This document shows positions 31,202 through 40,862 of a DNA stretch of 64,000 bases, piece by piece. A program made the position numbers and the translations under genes. Under the pieces are notes generated by a model. That model was not told the origin of the DNA and made no database searches. It saw only the letters and a program-made list of their open reading frames with translations. The stretch is from Candidatus Polarisedimenticolia bacterium (GTDB lineage Bacteria; Acidobacteriota; Polarisedimenticolia; Gp22-AA2): assembly GCA_036001465.1 (NCBI GenBank), contig DASYUH010000040.1, forward strand, positions 11,466 through 75,465, written 5' to 3'. Positions within the stretch are counted from its first letter, which is position 1, and every line of letters starts with the position of its first letter.

Positions 31202-32359
31202 ATGCTATTCAACACACCAAACCTAACCGCGAAAGACTTGGAAGTTGTTGCAAGAATTGATGATATCAAAAAACGCCTTGGCGTAGCAATTCGCGCTCCA
31301 AAGCGATGGATAGGTCTGCTGGCCAGGACCGCACTGGCAAAAGCCATCCAAGGGTCAAACAGCATCGAGGGTTACAACGTATCGATGGACGATGCCATCG
31401 CGGCGGTTGAGGGCGAAGAGCCTTTGGATGCAAAGACAGAGGAATGGCTTGCGGTGACTTCCTACCGCAGGGCTATGACCTACGTATTGCAACTCGCGTC
31501 AGACCCACACTTCGCCTATAGCAACGCAGTCATCAGAAGCCTGCACTTCATGATGCTTGAGTATGACCTTTCAAAACATCCCGGCGGCTGGCGGCCGGGG
31601 CCTATCTTCGTCAGGCGAGAAGCAACGGGAGAAATAGTCTATGAGGGACCACAGGCCGACGAAGTGCCAGCTCTCATGGAAGAGCTCGTCGAATCACTGC
31701 GAAAGGCAGACGCAGTGCCCGATCTGGTCACGGCGGCAATGGCTCACCTGAACCTAGTAATGATTCATCCTTTTTCAGATGGAAACGGAAGGATGGCACG
31801 CTGTCTACAGACGCTTGTTTTGGGTCGGCTTGGCGTTCTGGCCCCGGAGTTTTCTAGCATCGAAGAGTATCTAGGGAGAAACCGCGAGGCTTACTACCAA
31901 GTGCTGGCCTCCGTTGGCAGTCCAACATGGGCTCCTGACAGGGACGCGCATCCGTGGATTCGGTTTTGCATGAGCGCGCATTTCCTCCAGGCTTCACGAG
32001 TCCTTCGCAGAACAAAAGTCCTGGATCAGTTGTGGAGCGCTTTCGAAGAAGAGACGAAAAAGCACAAATTGCCAGACAGATGCATCTTGGCTCTTCTTGA
32101 TGCAACGTTCAGCGGTCGGGTTCGAAATCCAACCTATCGGAAAATGGCTGACATTTCCGATCAGGTAGCTGGCAAGGACCTTAGAGAATTAGTGCGTACT
32201 GGACTGCTAATCGCAGAGGGGGAGAAGCGAGGGCGCTCCTATGTAGTTTCAGATGCAGCCAAGAAGGCATCTGCACGTATCAAGATTCCAAAAATCATCG
32301 AAGACCCCTACGCTGAAGACACCGCATATCTGCCAGGGATCGCGCCAGAAGTCCTATGA
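31202..32359 (+). CDS. Fic-family protein (class II, N-terminal inhibitory motif), likely AMPylase
   Basis: Fic motif HPFSDGNGRMAR. N-terminal SxxxEG inhibitory motif (SNSIEG). Locally low GC. Confidence 0.85.
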   Translation: MLFNTPNLTAKDLEVVARIDDIKKRLGVAIRAPKRWIGLLARTALAKAIQGSNSIEGYNVSMDDAIAAVEGEEPLDAKTEEWLAVTSYRRAMTYVLQLASDPHFAYSNAVIRSLHFMMLEYDLSKHPGGWRPGPIFVRREATGEIVYEGPQADEVPALMEELVESLRKADAVPDLVTAAMAHLNLVMIHPFSDGNGRMARCLQTLVLGRLGVLAPEFSSIEEYLGRNREAYYQVLASVGSPTWAPDRDAHPWIRFCMSAHFLQASRVLRRTKVLDQLWSAFEEETKKHKLPDRCILALLDATFSGRVRNPTYRKMADISDQVAGKDLRELVRTGLLIAEGEKRGRSYVVSDAAKKASARIKIPKIIEDPYAEDTAYLPGIAPEVL

Positions 32360-32578
32360 CTTCCTAGACCATCGTGCCTTTGCCGCCACCCTGGCGATGG
32401 CCTTCCTCTTCTTGGCGCTAAGCCGCGCCGCCCTTGCCTTGCCGCCCTTGAGACCGCCAAGCCGTCCTAAAGCTACCGCCGCAGGGTTCTTTTCCCTGGG
32501 CGGGTCGGATGTGGCTTCCTGGACGATGGATGCGGCCAGCTGATTTGGGTCTGTCGGCTTTCTTGAGCGGTTAGGCAT
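32354..32578 (-). CDS. Small K/R-rich basic protein, putative nucleic-acid binding
   Basis: 74 aa ending GRLGGLKGGKARAARLSAKKRKAIARVAAKARW. Convergent with Fic, overlapping its stop by 6 nt. Function unknown. Confidence 0.35.
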   Translation of the reverse strand: MPNRSRKPTDPNQLAASIVQEATSDPPREKNPAAVALGRLGGLKGGKARAARLSAKKRKAIARVAAKARWSRKS

Positions 32579-32619
32579 GCCTCATGGTAGCATGAGTTCA
32601 ACCATCCAAGGGGGAATCA

Positions 32620-33039
32620 ATGAATCGGCACGGCGGCCTATGCGCGTTTGGACTATTCATGGCGATAGCATTCGGCAGCGTTCACGCGGCTGAAACCGAG
32701 CTAGAAAAACCGAAAGCGGTGAAGGACGGAGGGGTTTATGAGTTCTGCACACCCGATCCATCAAGACCGGCCGTTGGTCGGGACCTATACCAAGCGCTGT
32801 GCATCGCCTATCTGAGAGGATACGTCGACGGATTAGACATATCGTCAACGAAGATGGCGATGCTCACGTGTCTGCCGCCAGAAGGTGTGCGTGGCGACGT
32901 TCTCCAAGCGATAGTTGTCAAATGGCTCCTTCAGAATGAGTCTAGAGTTAAAGGGCAACTTACAACAGGCAAAATCGCAGTCATCGCAGCACTGTTAGAG
33001 GAATACGCCTGTCCTGACGCCACCAACAAGTCAAACTGA
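32620..33039 (+). CDS. Small secreted four-cysteine protein
   Basis: Signal peptide MNRHGGLCAFGLFMAIAFGSVHA. Four Cys. Low GC. Confidence 0.45.
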   Translation: MNRHGGLCAFGLFMAIAFGSVHAAETELEKPKAVKDGGVYEFCTPDPSRPAVGRDLYQALCIAYLRGYVDGLDISSTKMAMLTCLPPEGVRGDVLQAIVVKWLLQNESRVKGQLTTGKIAVIAALLEEYACPDATNKSN

Positions 33040-33942
33040 CCCACTACCGGGAGGAGCGGCGGCTTGCGTGTGCCGCTTCGCATGATAGGAGCTGCGCACG
33101 AGCGGCCCCGCCTCCACGTGGCGGAAGCCGTGCCGGAGAGCCTGGTCCCGCAGCTCGGCGAACTCGTCGGGGGGGTAGTAGCGGACGACGGGAAGATGGG
33201 AGAGCGTCGGCCGGAGATACTGGCCGAGAGTCAGGATCTCGACTCCGGCCTCGGCCAGCGCGGCGAACGTCTCCAGGAGCTCGTCGCGCTCCTCTCCGAG
33301 ACCGACCATGAGCCCGGTCTTCACCAACGGACGCGGCGCCTGATCTCTCCAGACGACCGCCTGGCGCAGGAGGCCCAGGGAACGCTCGAAGTGCGACCCC
33401 TGGCGCGCCTCCGGGTAGAGGCGGGGCACCGTCTCGATGTTGTGGCTGAAGGTGACCGGGCCCTCCGCCAGGATCGCGTCGAGCGGCCGCTCGACCCCGC
33501 GGAAGTCGGAGGTCAGGACCTCCACCTCGCATTCGGGGTTGCGGGATCTGACGGCGCGGATCACCGAAGCGACGTGCCCCGCGCCGCCGTCCGGCAGGTC
33601 GTCCCGGTCGACCATGGTGAGGACGGCGTGCTCCAGCTCCAGATGGCGCACCGCCTCGGCGACGTGCTCCGGCTCGTCCGGGTCGACGGCCCGGGGGCGC
33701 CCCGTGGCCACCGCGCAGAAACCGCAGCGCCGGGTGCAGGTGTCCCCGAGGATCATGAACGTGGCGGTCCGGTCGCCCCAGCATTCGTAGATGTTGGGGC
33801 AGCGGGCCTCCTGGCAGACGGTGTGGAGCTTCAGGCCCTGCACCATGCGGTGCAGGTCGCGGTAGTTCTCCCCGGTGTCGAGGCGAATCTTCAGCCAGGG
33901 GGGCTTCGGCCCCGGCAGCTCCGTCCGTGGCAGGCCGGACAT
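33031..33942 (-). CDS. lipA: Lipoyl synthase
   Basis: Radical-SAM CxxxCxxC (CTRRCGFC) plus N-terminal Cys cluster CQEARCPNIYEC. ATGA overlap with lipB. Confidence 0.95.
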   Translation of the reverse strand: MSGLPRTELPGPKPPWLKIRLDTGENYRDLHRMVQGLKLHTVCQEARCPNIYECWGDRTATFMILGDTCTRRCGFCAVATGRPRAVDPDEPEHVAEAVRHLELEHAVLTMVDRDDLPDGGAGHVASVIRAVRSRNPECEVEVLTSDFRGVERPLDAILAEGPVTFSHNIETVPRLYPEARQGSHFERSLGLLRQAVVWRDQAPRPLVKTGLMVGLGEERDELLETFAALAEAGVEILTLGQYLRPTLSHLPVVRYYPPDEFAELRDQALRHGFRHVEAGPLVRSSYHAKRHTQAAAPPGSGSV

Positions 33943-34640
33943 CAGGCCACCTCGGTGAGGGCCGGTTGCGCCGGGATCGCACCCGGCAGGGACGGAGGCT
34001 CCATCTCCCGGCCGAAGACCTCCCCGAACACCGGCACGATCGCCGCGGCGACCTCTTCGAGAGGGGTGGCGCGCCCGAGGAGGCGCTGCATCGAGGTGAC
34101 GGCGCCGCCGCGGAGACCGCACGGGACGATCAGGCCGAAGCGGGCGAGGTCGGTGTTCACGTTCAGGGCGAAGCCGTGCGTGGTCACCCAGCGCGACAGG
34201 TGCACGCCGATGCTGGCGATCTTGTCCGACCCGACCCAGACACCGGTGAGCCCGGGGACGCGGCCGGCCGTTACGCCGAAGGCCGCCAGCGCCCGGATCA
34301 GGACCTCCTCCAGATCGCGCAGGTAACGCGCCACGTCGCGCCGGTCCGGGCTCAGGTCGAGGATCGGATAGCCGACGAGCTGCCCCGGCCCGTGGTAGGT
34401 GACCTGCCCGCCGCGATTCGTCTCGCGCACCTCGACACCCAGGGACTCCAAGGTCGCCTGGTCGTGCAGGACGTCCACGCTCCGGGCGTTGCGGCCCAGG
34501 GTGATCACCGGCGGGTGCTCGAGGAGCAGGAGGCGCTCCACCCTGCCGCCGTCCTTCAGGAGGCGGGCGCAGCTCTCCTGGAGGGCCGCCGCCTCGGCGT
34601 ACCCGACACGTCCCTCGTACGAATGCCGGCAGAGGCGCAT
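33942..34640 (-). CDS. lipB: Octanoyltransferase
   Basis: LipB motifs (RGGQVTYHGPGQ, active-site Cys in VPCG). Confidence 0.9.
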   Translation of the reverse strand: MRLCRHSYEGRVGYAEAAALQESCARLLKDGGRVERLLLLEHPPVITLGRNARSVDVLHDQATLESLGVEVRETNRGGQVTYHGPGQLVGYPILDLSPDRRDVARYLRDLEEVLIRALAAFGVTAGRVPGLTGVWVGSDKIASIGVHLSRWVTTHGFALNVNTDLARFGLIVPCGLRGGAVTSMQRLLGRATPLEEVAAAIVPVFGEVFGREMEPPSLPGAIPAQPALTEVA

Positions 34641-36076
34641 CAGACGATCTCGGCGAACTTCCCCTGCTCCAGCGTCGCCTTGATGTGGGCCATGAACTGG
34701 TCCGCCACGGCGCCGTCGATCAGGCGGTGGTCGAACGACAGGGCCAGGAAGACCATCGGGCGGATGCCGATGGCGTCCTGCACCACGACGACGCGCTTCT
34801 CGATCACGCCCACGCCCAGGATCGCCACCTGCGGCTGGCTGATGATCGGCGTGCCGAAGAGGCTCCCGAAGATCCCGGGATTGGTGATGGTGAACGTGCC
34901 CCCCTGGACGTCGTCCGGGGCCAGCTTCTTGGTGCGGGCGCGCTCGGCGAGGTCGGCGACCACCTTGGCGATGCCGGACAGGCTCAGGTCGTCGGCGTGC
35001 TTGGCGACCGGCACGATCAGCCCCCAGTCGAGGGCCACCGCGATGCCGATGTTGATGTCCCTCTTGTAGACGACGTTGTCCCCCTCGATCGACGCGTTGA
35101 GCTCGGGAAACGCCTTGAGCGCCTCGACCGCCGCCCGCACCATGAACGGCGTCGGCGTCAGTTTCACTCCGTGGCGCTCCTGGAACGCCTGCCGATGCTC
35201 CTCGCGGAGGCGCATCACCCGGCTCATGTCCACCTCGAACACCGTGGTGACGTGGGCGGAGGTCCGGCGGCTGGCGATCATGTGCTCGGCGATCTTCTTG
35301 CGCATCGCGGTCATGGGCACGACCGACATCCGCTGGCCGGGCGCATAGACTGGTGCGGGGGCCGCGGAGCGCGGCGCGGCCGGGGCCGCCGTGGCGGGCG
35401 CGCCCGCGGGCATCGCCGCCGCGGAGGCGCCGCCCCCTTCGATCGCCGCCAGGATGTCCTTCTTGGTGACCCGGCCGGAAACTCCCGTTCCCGCAAGCCG
35501 CGCGATGTCGACGTGGTGCTCCTGGGCGATCTTGCGCACCACCGGAGACGAGCGCACGCGACGCAGGTCCTCCACGGTCGCCCCGGATCCGGTGAGACGC
35601 GATGCCCTTGGGATCTCGCCGCCGGCGGAGGCGCCCGCCGTCCAGGAACCCGAGGCGGCCGGACCCTCGGGGGCCGCCGGTTGCGGGGCGCGATCGCGTC
35701 CATCGGACGGGCCCCCGGGCGTGGCCGGCGGCTTCGCCGCGGCAGGCGGCGGCTGCTTGGCGGCGGGGGCCGCGGCCGGCGGGGTCTTGGCCCCCGCGGA
35801 CGGAGCGGCCGCCTTGCCCGCGCCGGCCGTCGCGCCGGCCTCGGTCTCGATCTGCGCCACCACGACGTTGATCGGAACGGTCTGCCCCTCCTGGACCTTG
35901 ATTTCCACCAGCGTCCCCGCGGCGGGAGACGGGATCTCGGCGTCCACCTTGTCGGTGGAGATCTCGAAGATCGGCTCGTCGCGCGCCACCTTGTCGCCGG
36001 GCTTCTTGAGCCAGCGGGTGAGGGTCCCCTCCGCGATGCTCTCCCCCATCTGAGGCATGATGACGTCTACCCGCAT
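34640..36076 (-). CDS. 2-oxoacid dehydrogenase E2 (dihydrolipoamide acyltransferase), single lipoyl domain
   Basis: Lipoyl-Lys in EISTDKVDAEIPS, E3-binding domain, catalytic DHRLIDGA. Confidence 0.9.
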   Translation of the reverse strand: MRVDVIMPQMGESIAEGTLTRWLKKPGDKVARDEPIFEISTDKVDAEIPSPAAGTLVEIKVQEGQTVPINVVVAQIETEAGATAGAGKAAAPSAGAKTPPAAAPAAKQPPPAAAKPPATPGGPSDGRDRAPQPAAPEGPAASGSWTAGASAGGEIPRASRLTGSGATVEDLRRVRSSPVVRKIAQEHHVDIARLAGTGVSGRVTKKDILAAIEGGGASAAAMPAGAPATAAPAAPRSAAPAPVYAPGQRMSVVPMTAMRKKIAEHMIASRRTSAHVTTVFEVDMSRVMRLREEHRQAFQERHGVKLTPTPFMVRAAVEALKAFPELNASIEGDNVVYKRDINIGIAVALDWGLIVPVAKHADDLSLSGIAKVVADLAERARTKKLAPDDVQGGTFTITNPGIFGSLFGTPIISQPQVAILGVGVIEKRVVVVQDAIGIRPMVFLALSFDHRLIDGAVADQFMAHIKATLEQGKFAEIV

Positions 36077-36091
36077 GGTCGGCTCCTTAGT

Positions 36092-37069
36092 TCAATAGGC
36101 CGCGAGCTGTCTCGCCGCCTTGAGGATCTTGTCCTTGTTTGGGAGGAAGAATTCCTCCAGCGGCGGACTGTAAGGGACGGGCGTATCCGGCGCGGTGACG
36201 CGCAGGACCGGCCCGTCGAGATACTCGAAGACCTCCTCGTTGATGATCGCGGCGATCTCCCCCGCGATGCCGCCCGTGCGCGTGTCCTCGTGCACCACCA
36301 GGACCTTCCCGGTCTTCTTCGCCGCATTCAGGATGGCGTCCTTGTCGAGCGGCAGGAGGGATCGCAGGTCGACCACCTCGGTCTCCACCCCCTCCTCGCG
36401 CGCCAGCACGTCCGCCGCCTCGAGCGCCTGATAGAGCATGGCGCCATAGGTCAGGATGGCCAGGTCCCGGCCCTCCCGCCGGACGGCGGCGACGCCGATC
36501 GGCACGACGTAGTCCTCCTTCGGGAGCTCCTCCTTGATCCGGCGGTAGAGGTATTTGTGCTCCAGGTAGATCACAGGGTCCTCGTCCCGGATGGCCGCCT
36601 TGATCAATCCCTTGGCGTCGTACGCCGTGGCCGGGGCGACCACCTTGAGCCCCGGGGTGTGCACGAAATACATTTCCGGGTTCTGCGAGTGGTAGGGTCC
36701 GCCGTGCACGCCGCCGCCGCTGGGGCCGCGGATGACCATCGGCACTCCCGCGCCCCAGCGATAGCGGTTCTTGGCGGCGAAGTTGGTGATCTGATCGAAG
36801 GCGCAGGAGATGAAATCGATGAACTGCATCTCGGCGATCGGCCGCATGCCCAGAAGCGCCGCGCCGATCGCCGCCCCGACGATCGCCGACTCGGAGATCG
36901 GCGTGTCGATGACCCGCGTCTCGCCGAACTTCTCGAGCATCCCTTCCGTCACCTTGAAGGCGCCGCCGTAGATCCCCACGTCCTCTCCCAGGATGAAGAC
37001 GCGCTGGTCGCTCTCCATCTCCTCCCAGATTCCCTGCCGGATCGCCTCCACGTACGTCGTCAGCGCCAC
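36092..37069 (-). CDS. 2-oxoacid dehydrogenase E1 beta subunit
   Basis: Transketolase-like pyrimidine-binding and C-terminal domains. 325 aa. Confidence 0.9.
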   Translation of the reverse strand: MALTTYVEAIRQGIWEEMESDQRVFILGEDVGIYGGAFKVTEGMLEKFGETRVIDTPISESAIVGAAIGAALLGMRPIAEMQFIDFISCAFDQITNFAAKNRYRWGAGVPMVIRGPSGGGVHGGPYHSQNPEMYFVHTPGLKVVAPATAYDAKGLIKAAIRDEDPVIYLEHKYLYRRIKEELPKEDYVVPIGVAAVRREGRDLAILTYGAMLYQALEAADVLAREEGVETEVVDLRSLLPLDKDAILNAAKKTGKVLVVHEDTRTGGIAGEIAAIINEEVFEYLDGPVLRVTAPDTPVPYSPPLEEFFLPNKDKILKAARQLAAY

Positions 37070-38208
37070 GCTTCGCTCTCCCCCTGCGGCCCGCCGCCCG
37101 CTCCCGGGCCGCCCTCATCATAAACCCCCTCCAGGCACTCCTCCGGCTCCGGATACGGCTGGCGCTCCGCCCAGGCCACCGCCTCGTCCAGCTCCGACTC
37201 GATGCGCGCCTCCATCTCGGCGAGGGCGGGCCGGTCGACGAGCCCGCGGCGCAGCAGGGCGGACTGGAGCCTCTCGATCGGGTCCTTGCGCCCCCACGCC
37301 TCGAACTCGGCCTTCGGGACGTAGCCGGCGTCGTCGTGGGCGGAATGACCGGTCATGCGGAACGTGACGAACTCCAGAAGGCTCGGTCCCTCGCCGCGAC
37401 GGGCGCGCCCGACCGCCCGGCCGACTCGACCGTACACGGCGAGCAGGTCGTTGCCGTCGGCCGTCTCGCCGGGAATCCCGTAGCCGACCGCACGGTCGGA
37501 GACGCGCCCGACCCGCATCTGGCGGGACACGTGCGTCGAGTAGGCATACTGGTTGTTGTTGCAGATGAAGACCACCGGGAGCCTCCGCACCGCGGCGAAG
37601 TTCAACCCCTCGTGCCAGTCCCCCCGGCTGGTGGCCCCCTCGCCGAAGAAGCAGAACGACACCTGGTCGGTGCCGCGCATCGCGAAGGTGAGCGCGCACC
37701 CGGCCGCGACCGGGATGCTGTCGCCGAGATGCGAGATGAACGCCACGATCCGGTGCCTCAGATCTCCCATGTGCATGTTCCCGTCGCGCCCGCGCGTCAA
37801 CCCGGTGCTCCGCCCCATGTACTGCGCCAGGATCCTCTCGGGCGGCACGCCCTGCATGAGGAAGACCGCCATGTCGCGGTGCGACGGGGAGACGATGTCG
37901 TCGCGATCCTCCCCCTCGCCCCGGCGGATGTGCACCGCCGCGCCGACCGAGATCGCCTCCTGGCCGCGCCCCACGTACACGCCGCCGACGATCTTTCCCT
38001 GCCGGTACAGCTTGCGCTCGATGCGGTACTCGAGCGCCCGGGTCAGCTTCATGGAATGGAGCATCCTGAGGAGCAGGGCGTCGTCCGGCGCCGGCATGTC
38101 CTCGTCCTCGAGGCGGGAGGCGGGAAGCGTCGTGCCCTCCACACGCGGCACGCCCCGTGGACGTCCCCTTCCCCCCCTTCCGGACCCGGCCGTCAGCTCG
38201 GCCCTCAT
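37060..38208 (-). CDS. 2-oxoacid dehydrogenase E1 alpha subunit (copy 1)
   Basis: TPP-binding GDGAT/NNxY region (FGEGATSRGDWHEGLNFAA...ICNNNQYA). ATGA overlap with the copy-2 stop. Confidence 0.85.
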   Translation of the reverse strand: MRAELTAGSGRGGRGRPRGVPRVEGTTLPASRLEDEDMPAPDDALLLRMLHSMKLTRALEYRIERKLYRQGKIVGGVYVGRGQEAISVGAAVHIRRGEGEDRDDIVSPSHRDMAVFLMQGVPPERILAQYMGRSTGLTRGRDGNMHMGDLRHRIVAFISHLGDSIPVAAGCALTFAMRGTDQVSFCFFGEGATSRGDWHEGLNFAAVRRLPVVFICNNNQYAYSTHVSRQMRVGRVSDRAVGYGIPGETADGNDLLAVYGRVGRAVGRARRGEGPSLLEFVTFRMTGHSAHDDAGYVPKAEFEAWGRKDPIERLQSALLRRGLVDRPALAEMEARIESELDEAVAWAERQPYPEPEECLEGVYDEGGPGAGGGPQGESEAWR

Positions 38209-39278
38209 GTCGCCTCGTGATAGACGTCGCGCAGCGTCTCCTCAGGAGGCGGGAACGGGCTCGCCAGCGCTTTCTGCGCCGCCTCCTCCAGCCCGGGCTC
38301 GAAGCCTTCGCGGACCGCGCGCAGGCTCGCGCTCGTGGCGTGCCCCTCGTCCACGAGGAACGCCTCGAAACGGTCGAGCGGATCATGCTTCTCCCAGGCC
38401 GCGATCAGGGCCTTGGGGACGTAGCGCATGTCGTCGTGCTCCGCGTGGCCGCGGCGCCGGAACGCCCGGCACTCCAGGAGAGTCGGGCCCTTCCCGCGGC
38501 GTCCCCGTTCGGCGGCGCGCCGTGTCGCGTCGTACACCGCCAGCACGTCGGTGCCGTCCACGGATTCCGAGGCGACGCCGTACGCCGGGCCCTTCTCCGC
38601 GAGGCTCTCGACCGCGTACTGCGCGGGCGTCGGGGTCGAGTAGGCGTAGCCGTTGTTCTCGACCACCAGGATCAGCGGCAGGCTCAGGACCGCCGCCAGG
38701 TTCAACCCCTCGTGAAAGTCGCCGGTGGACGTCCCGCCGTCGCCGATGTAGGTCAGCGCCACGCGCGACTCGCCGCGCATCCTGGCCGCCAGGGAGGCCC
38801 CCGTCATCACCGGGATGAGGGTCCCCAGGACGCTGATCGGCCCGATGATCGAGCGCTCCAGGTCGTCGAAATGCAGCGTGCCGTCCTTGCCCCCGGTTGG
38901 CGCGTCGTGCCGCGCCAGGAATTGCAGGAACAGGGTCAGGGGGGGCACGCCCCGTACCAGGAGCGAGCCGATGTTCCGGATCATCGGCGCCAAAAGGTCG
39001 TCGGGGAGGAGGGCGTACGCCGAACCGACCGAGATCGCCTCCTGCCCCAGGCTGCTGTAGAGGCCACCGACGATCTTCCCCTGCCGGTAGAGCGCCGACA
39101 GCTTGTCCTCCAGCATCCGGTTCAGGCGCATGAAGGCATGGAGCTCGAGGAGGCGAGCGCGCGACAGCCCGGGGTTCCGCATCGGCGCCCGGGACGGCGG
39201 AGCGAGGCGGGCGGCAAGACCCGGGCCGCGCCGGGACGCGGGCGGGCGTTTTCTGCCACTCTTGAGGACGGCGCTCAT
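38205..39278 (-). CDS. 2-oxoacid dehydrogenase E1 alpha subunit (copy 2, paralog)
   Basis: Same family (IGDGGTSTGDFHEGLNLAA...VENNGYA). Start at MSAVLKS has a GGGAGG SD. Confidence 0.8.
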   Translation of the reverse strand: MSAVLKSGRKRPPASRRGPGLAARLAPPSRAPMRNPGLSRARLLELHAFMRLNRMLEDKLSALYRQGKIVGGLYSSLGQEAISVGSAYALLPDDLLAPMIRNIGSLLVRGVPPLTLFLQFLARHDAPTGGKDGTLHFDDLERSIIGPISVLGTLIPVMTGASLAARMRGESRVALTYIGDGGTSTGDFHEGLNLAAVLSLPLILVVENNGYAYSTPTPAQYAVESLAEKGPAYGVASESVDGTDVLAVYDATRRAAERGRRGKGPTLLECRAFRRRGHAEHDDMRYVPKALIAAWEKHDPLDRFEAFLVDEGHATSASLRAVREGFEPGLEEAAQKALASPFPPPEETLRDVYHEAT

Positions 39279-39291
39279 CGGCCTCCCGGGA

Positions 39292-40701
39292 TCAGAGGTG
39301 GATGCCGCGGGCATGCAGGGCGAGGGCGGCCTCCCCCATCGCCTCGGACAGCGTCGGGTGGGCATGGATGGCGTGGAACAGGTCCTCCACAGTCGCCTCA
39401 AGGTGGAGCGCCAGTCCTCCTTCGCCGATGAGCTCCGTCGCCTTCGGGCCCACGATGTGGATTCCGAGCAGCTCGTCGTAGCGCTCCTCCCCCACCAGCT
39501 TGATGAACCCGTCCTGGGCCAGGACGATGCGTCCCTTGCCGAGCACCGGAAGCGGAAAGCGGCCGGTGCGCACCTTGTGGCCGCGCGCCCGCGCCGCCGC
39601 TTCGGTCAGACCGACGCTCGCGACCTCGGGCTCTGAGTAGGTGCAGTTCGGCACCCGGTCGTAGTTGATGGGCGCGGGGTTCTTGCCGGCGATCGCCTCG
39701 ACCGCCACCAACCCCTCGTGCGAGGCGACGTGGGCCAGCGCCGGCGTCGGCACCAGGTCCCCCACCGCGTACACGGACGGGTCCCCCGTGCGCATCTGGC
39801 CGTTCACCTTGACGAAGCCGCGATCGAGCTCCACCTTCGTCACCTCGAGACCCAGGTCGTCCGTCAGGGGGCGGCGGCCGACGGCCACCAGGAGCACGTC
39901 GGCCTTCAGGGTCTCCTTCCCCCCCTTCTCCGACTGCACCTGCACCTCGACCCCCCGATCGCCGACCTTGACGCTCTCGACCTTCGTGCCCACGCGGACA
40001 TCGATGCCGCGCCTCTTGAACGCCTTGTGCAGCTCGGCGGAGGAGTCCTCGTCCTCGATCGGCAGCACCCTCGGAAGCATCTCGACGAGCGTGACGGCGC
40101 TGCCGAAGCGCGCGTAGATCGAGGCGAACTCGACCCCGACCGCTCCGGCCCCCAGGATGAGCATCGCCTTCGGGACGAACTCCAGGGCCAGCGCCTCGGT
40201 GCTGGTGATGACACGCGTGCCGTCCGCCTTCACGCCGGGAATCATCTTGGGAACGGACCCGGTCGCCAGGATCACGTGCCTGGTGGCGAGGGTCTGCTTC
40301 GATCCGTCGCGGGCCGTCACCTCGACCTTCCCCGGCCCCTTCAGGCGCCCGTGTCCCTGGAAGACGGCGACGCCGTTCTTCTTCATGAGGAACTCGACGC
40401 CCTTCGCCTGGCGGCGGACCACGTCGGTCTTGTGCTTGTGCACCGCGGCGAGATCGAGCTTGACGTCCCCGGTCTTCACCCCGAAGCGCGCCGCCTCGCG
40501 GGCCAACTCGAGGACCTCGGCGCTGTAGAGCAGGGCCTTGGTCGGGATGCACCCGACGTGCAGACAGGTCCCGCCGAGGGCGGCCCCCTTCTCGACGAGG
40601 GCCGTCTTCAGGCCGAGCTGGGCGGCCCTGATCGCGGCGACGTAGCCGCCCGGCCCGCTGCCGATGATGGTGACGTCGAAGCTCGCCTGCGAATCGGCCA
40701 C
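39292..40701 (-). CDS. lpd: Dihydrolipoyl dehydrogenase (E3)
   Basis: FAD motif GSGPGGY, redox disulfide GGTCLHVGCIP, C-terminal HAHPTLSE. GTG start at 40701 with GGAGG 7 nt upstream. Confidence 0.9.
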   Translation of the reverse strand: MADSQASFDVTIIGSGPGGYVAAIRAAQLGLKTALVEKGAALGGTCLHVGCIPTKALLYSAEVLELAREAARFGVKTGDVKLDLAAVHKHKTDVVRRQAKGVEFLMKKNGVAVFQGHGRLKGPGKVEVTARDGSKQTLATRHVILATGSVPKMIPGVKADGTRVITSTEALALEFVPKAMLILGAGAVGVEFASIYARFGSAVTLVEMLPRVLPIEDEDSSAELHKAFKRRGIDVRVGTKVESVKVGDRGVEVQVQSEKGGKETLKADVLLVAVGRRPLTDDLGLEVTKVELDRGFVKVNGQMRTGDPSVYAVGDLVPTPALAHVASHEGLVAVEAIAGKNPAPINYDRVPNCTYSEPEVASVGLTEAAARARGHKVRTGRFPLPVLGKGRIVLAQDGFIKLVGEERYDELLGIHIVGPKATELIGEGGLALHLEATVEDLFHAIHAHPTLSEAMGEAALALHARGIHL

Positions 40702-40862
40702 CTGGAACCTCCCGTGGCGCTCCCCTGCGCCCCGCTGGAACGTGCGAACCGGCCCGGATCGACGGGCATGCCGATGGGGACAGGGCGGATTATAACCACA
40801 ACGAGGCACCGGCGGCCGGTGCGAGTGTTCGGAGACGCTCCCGGGCGTGACGCCGCGGGCGT

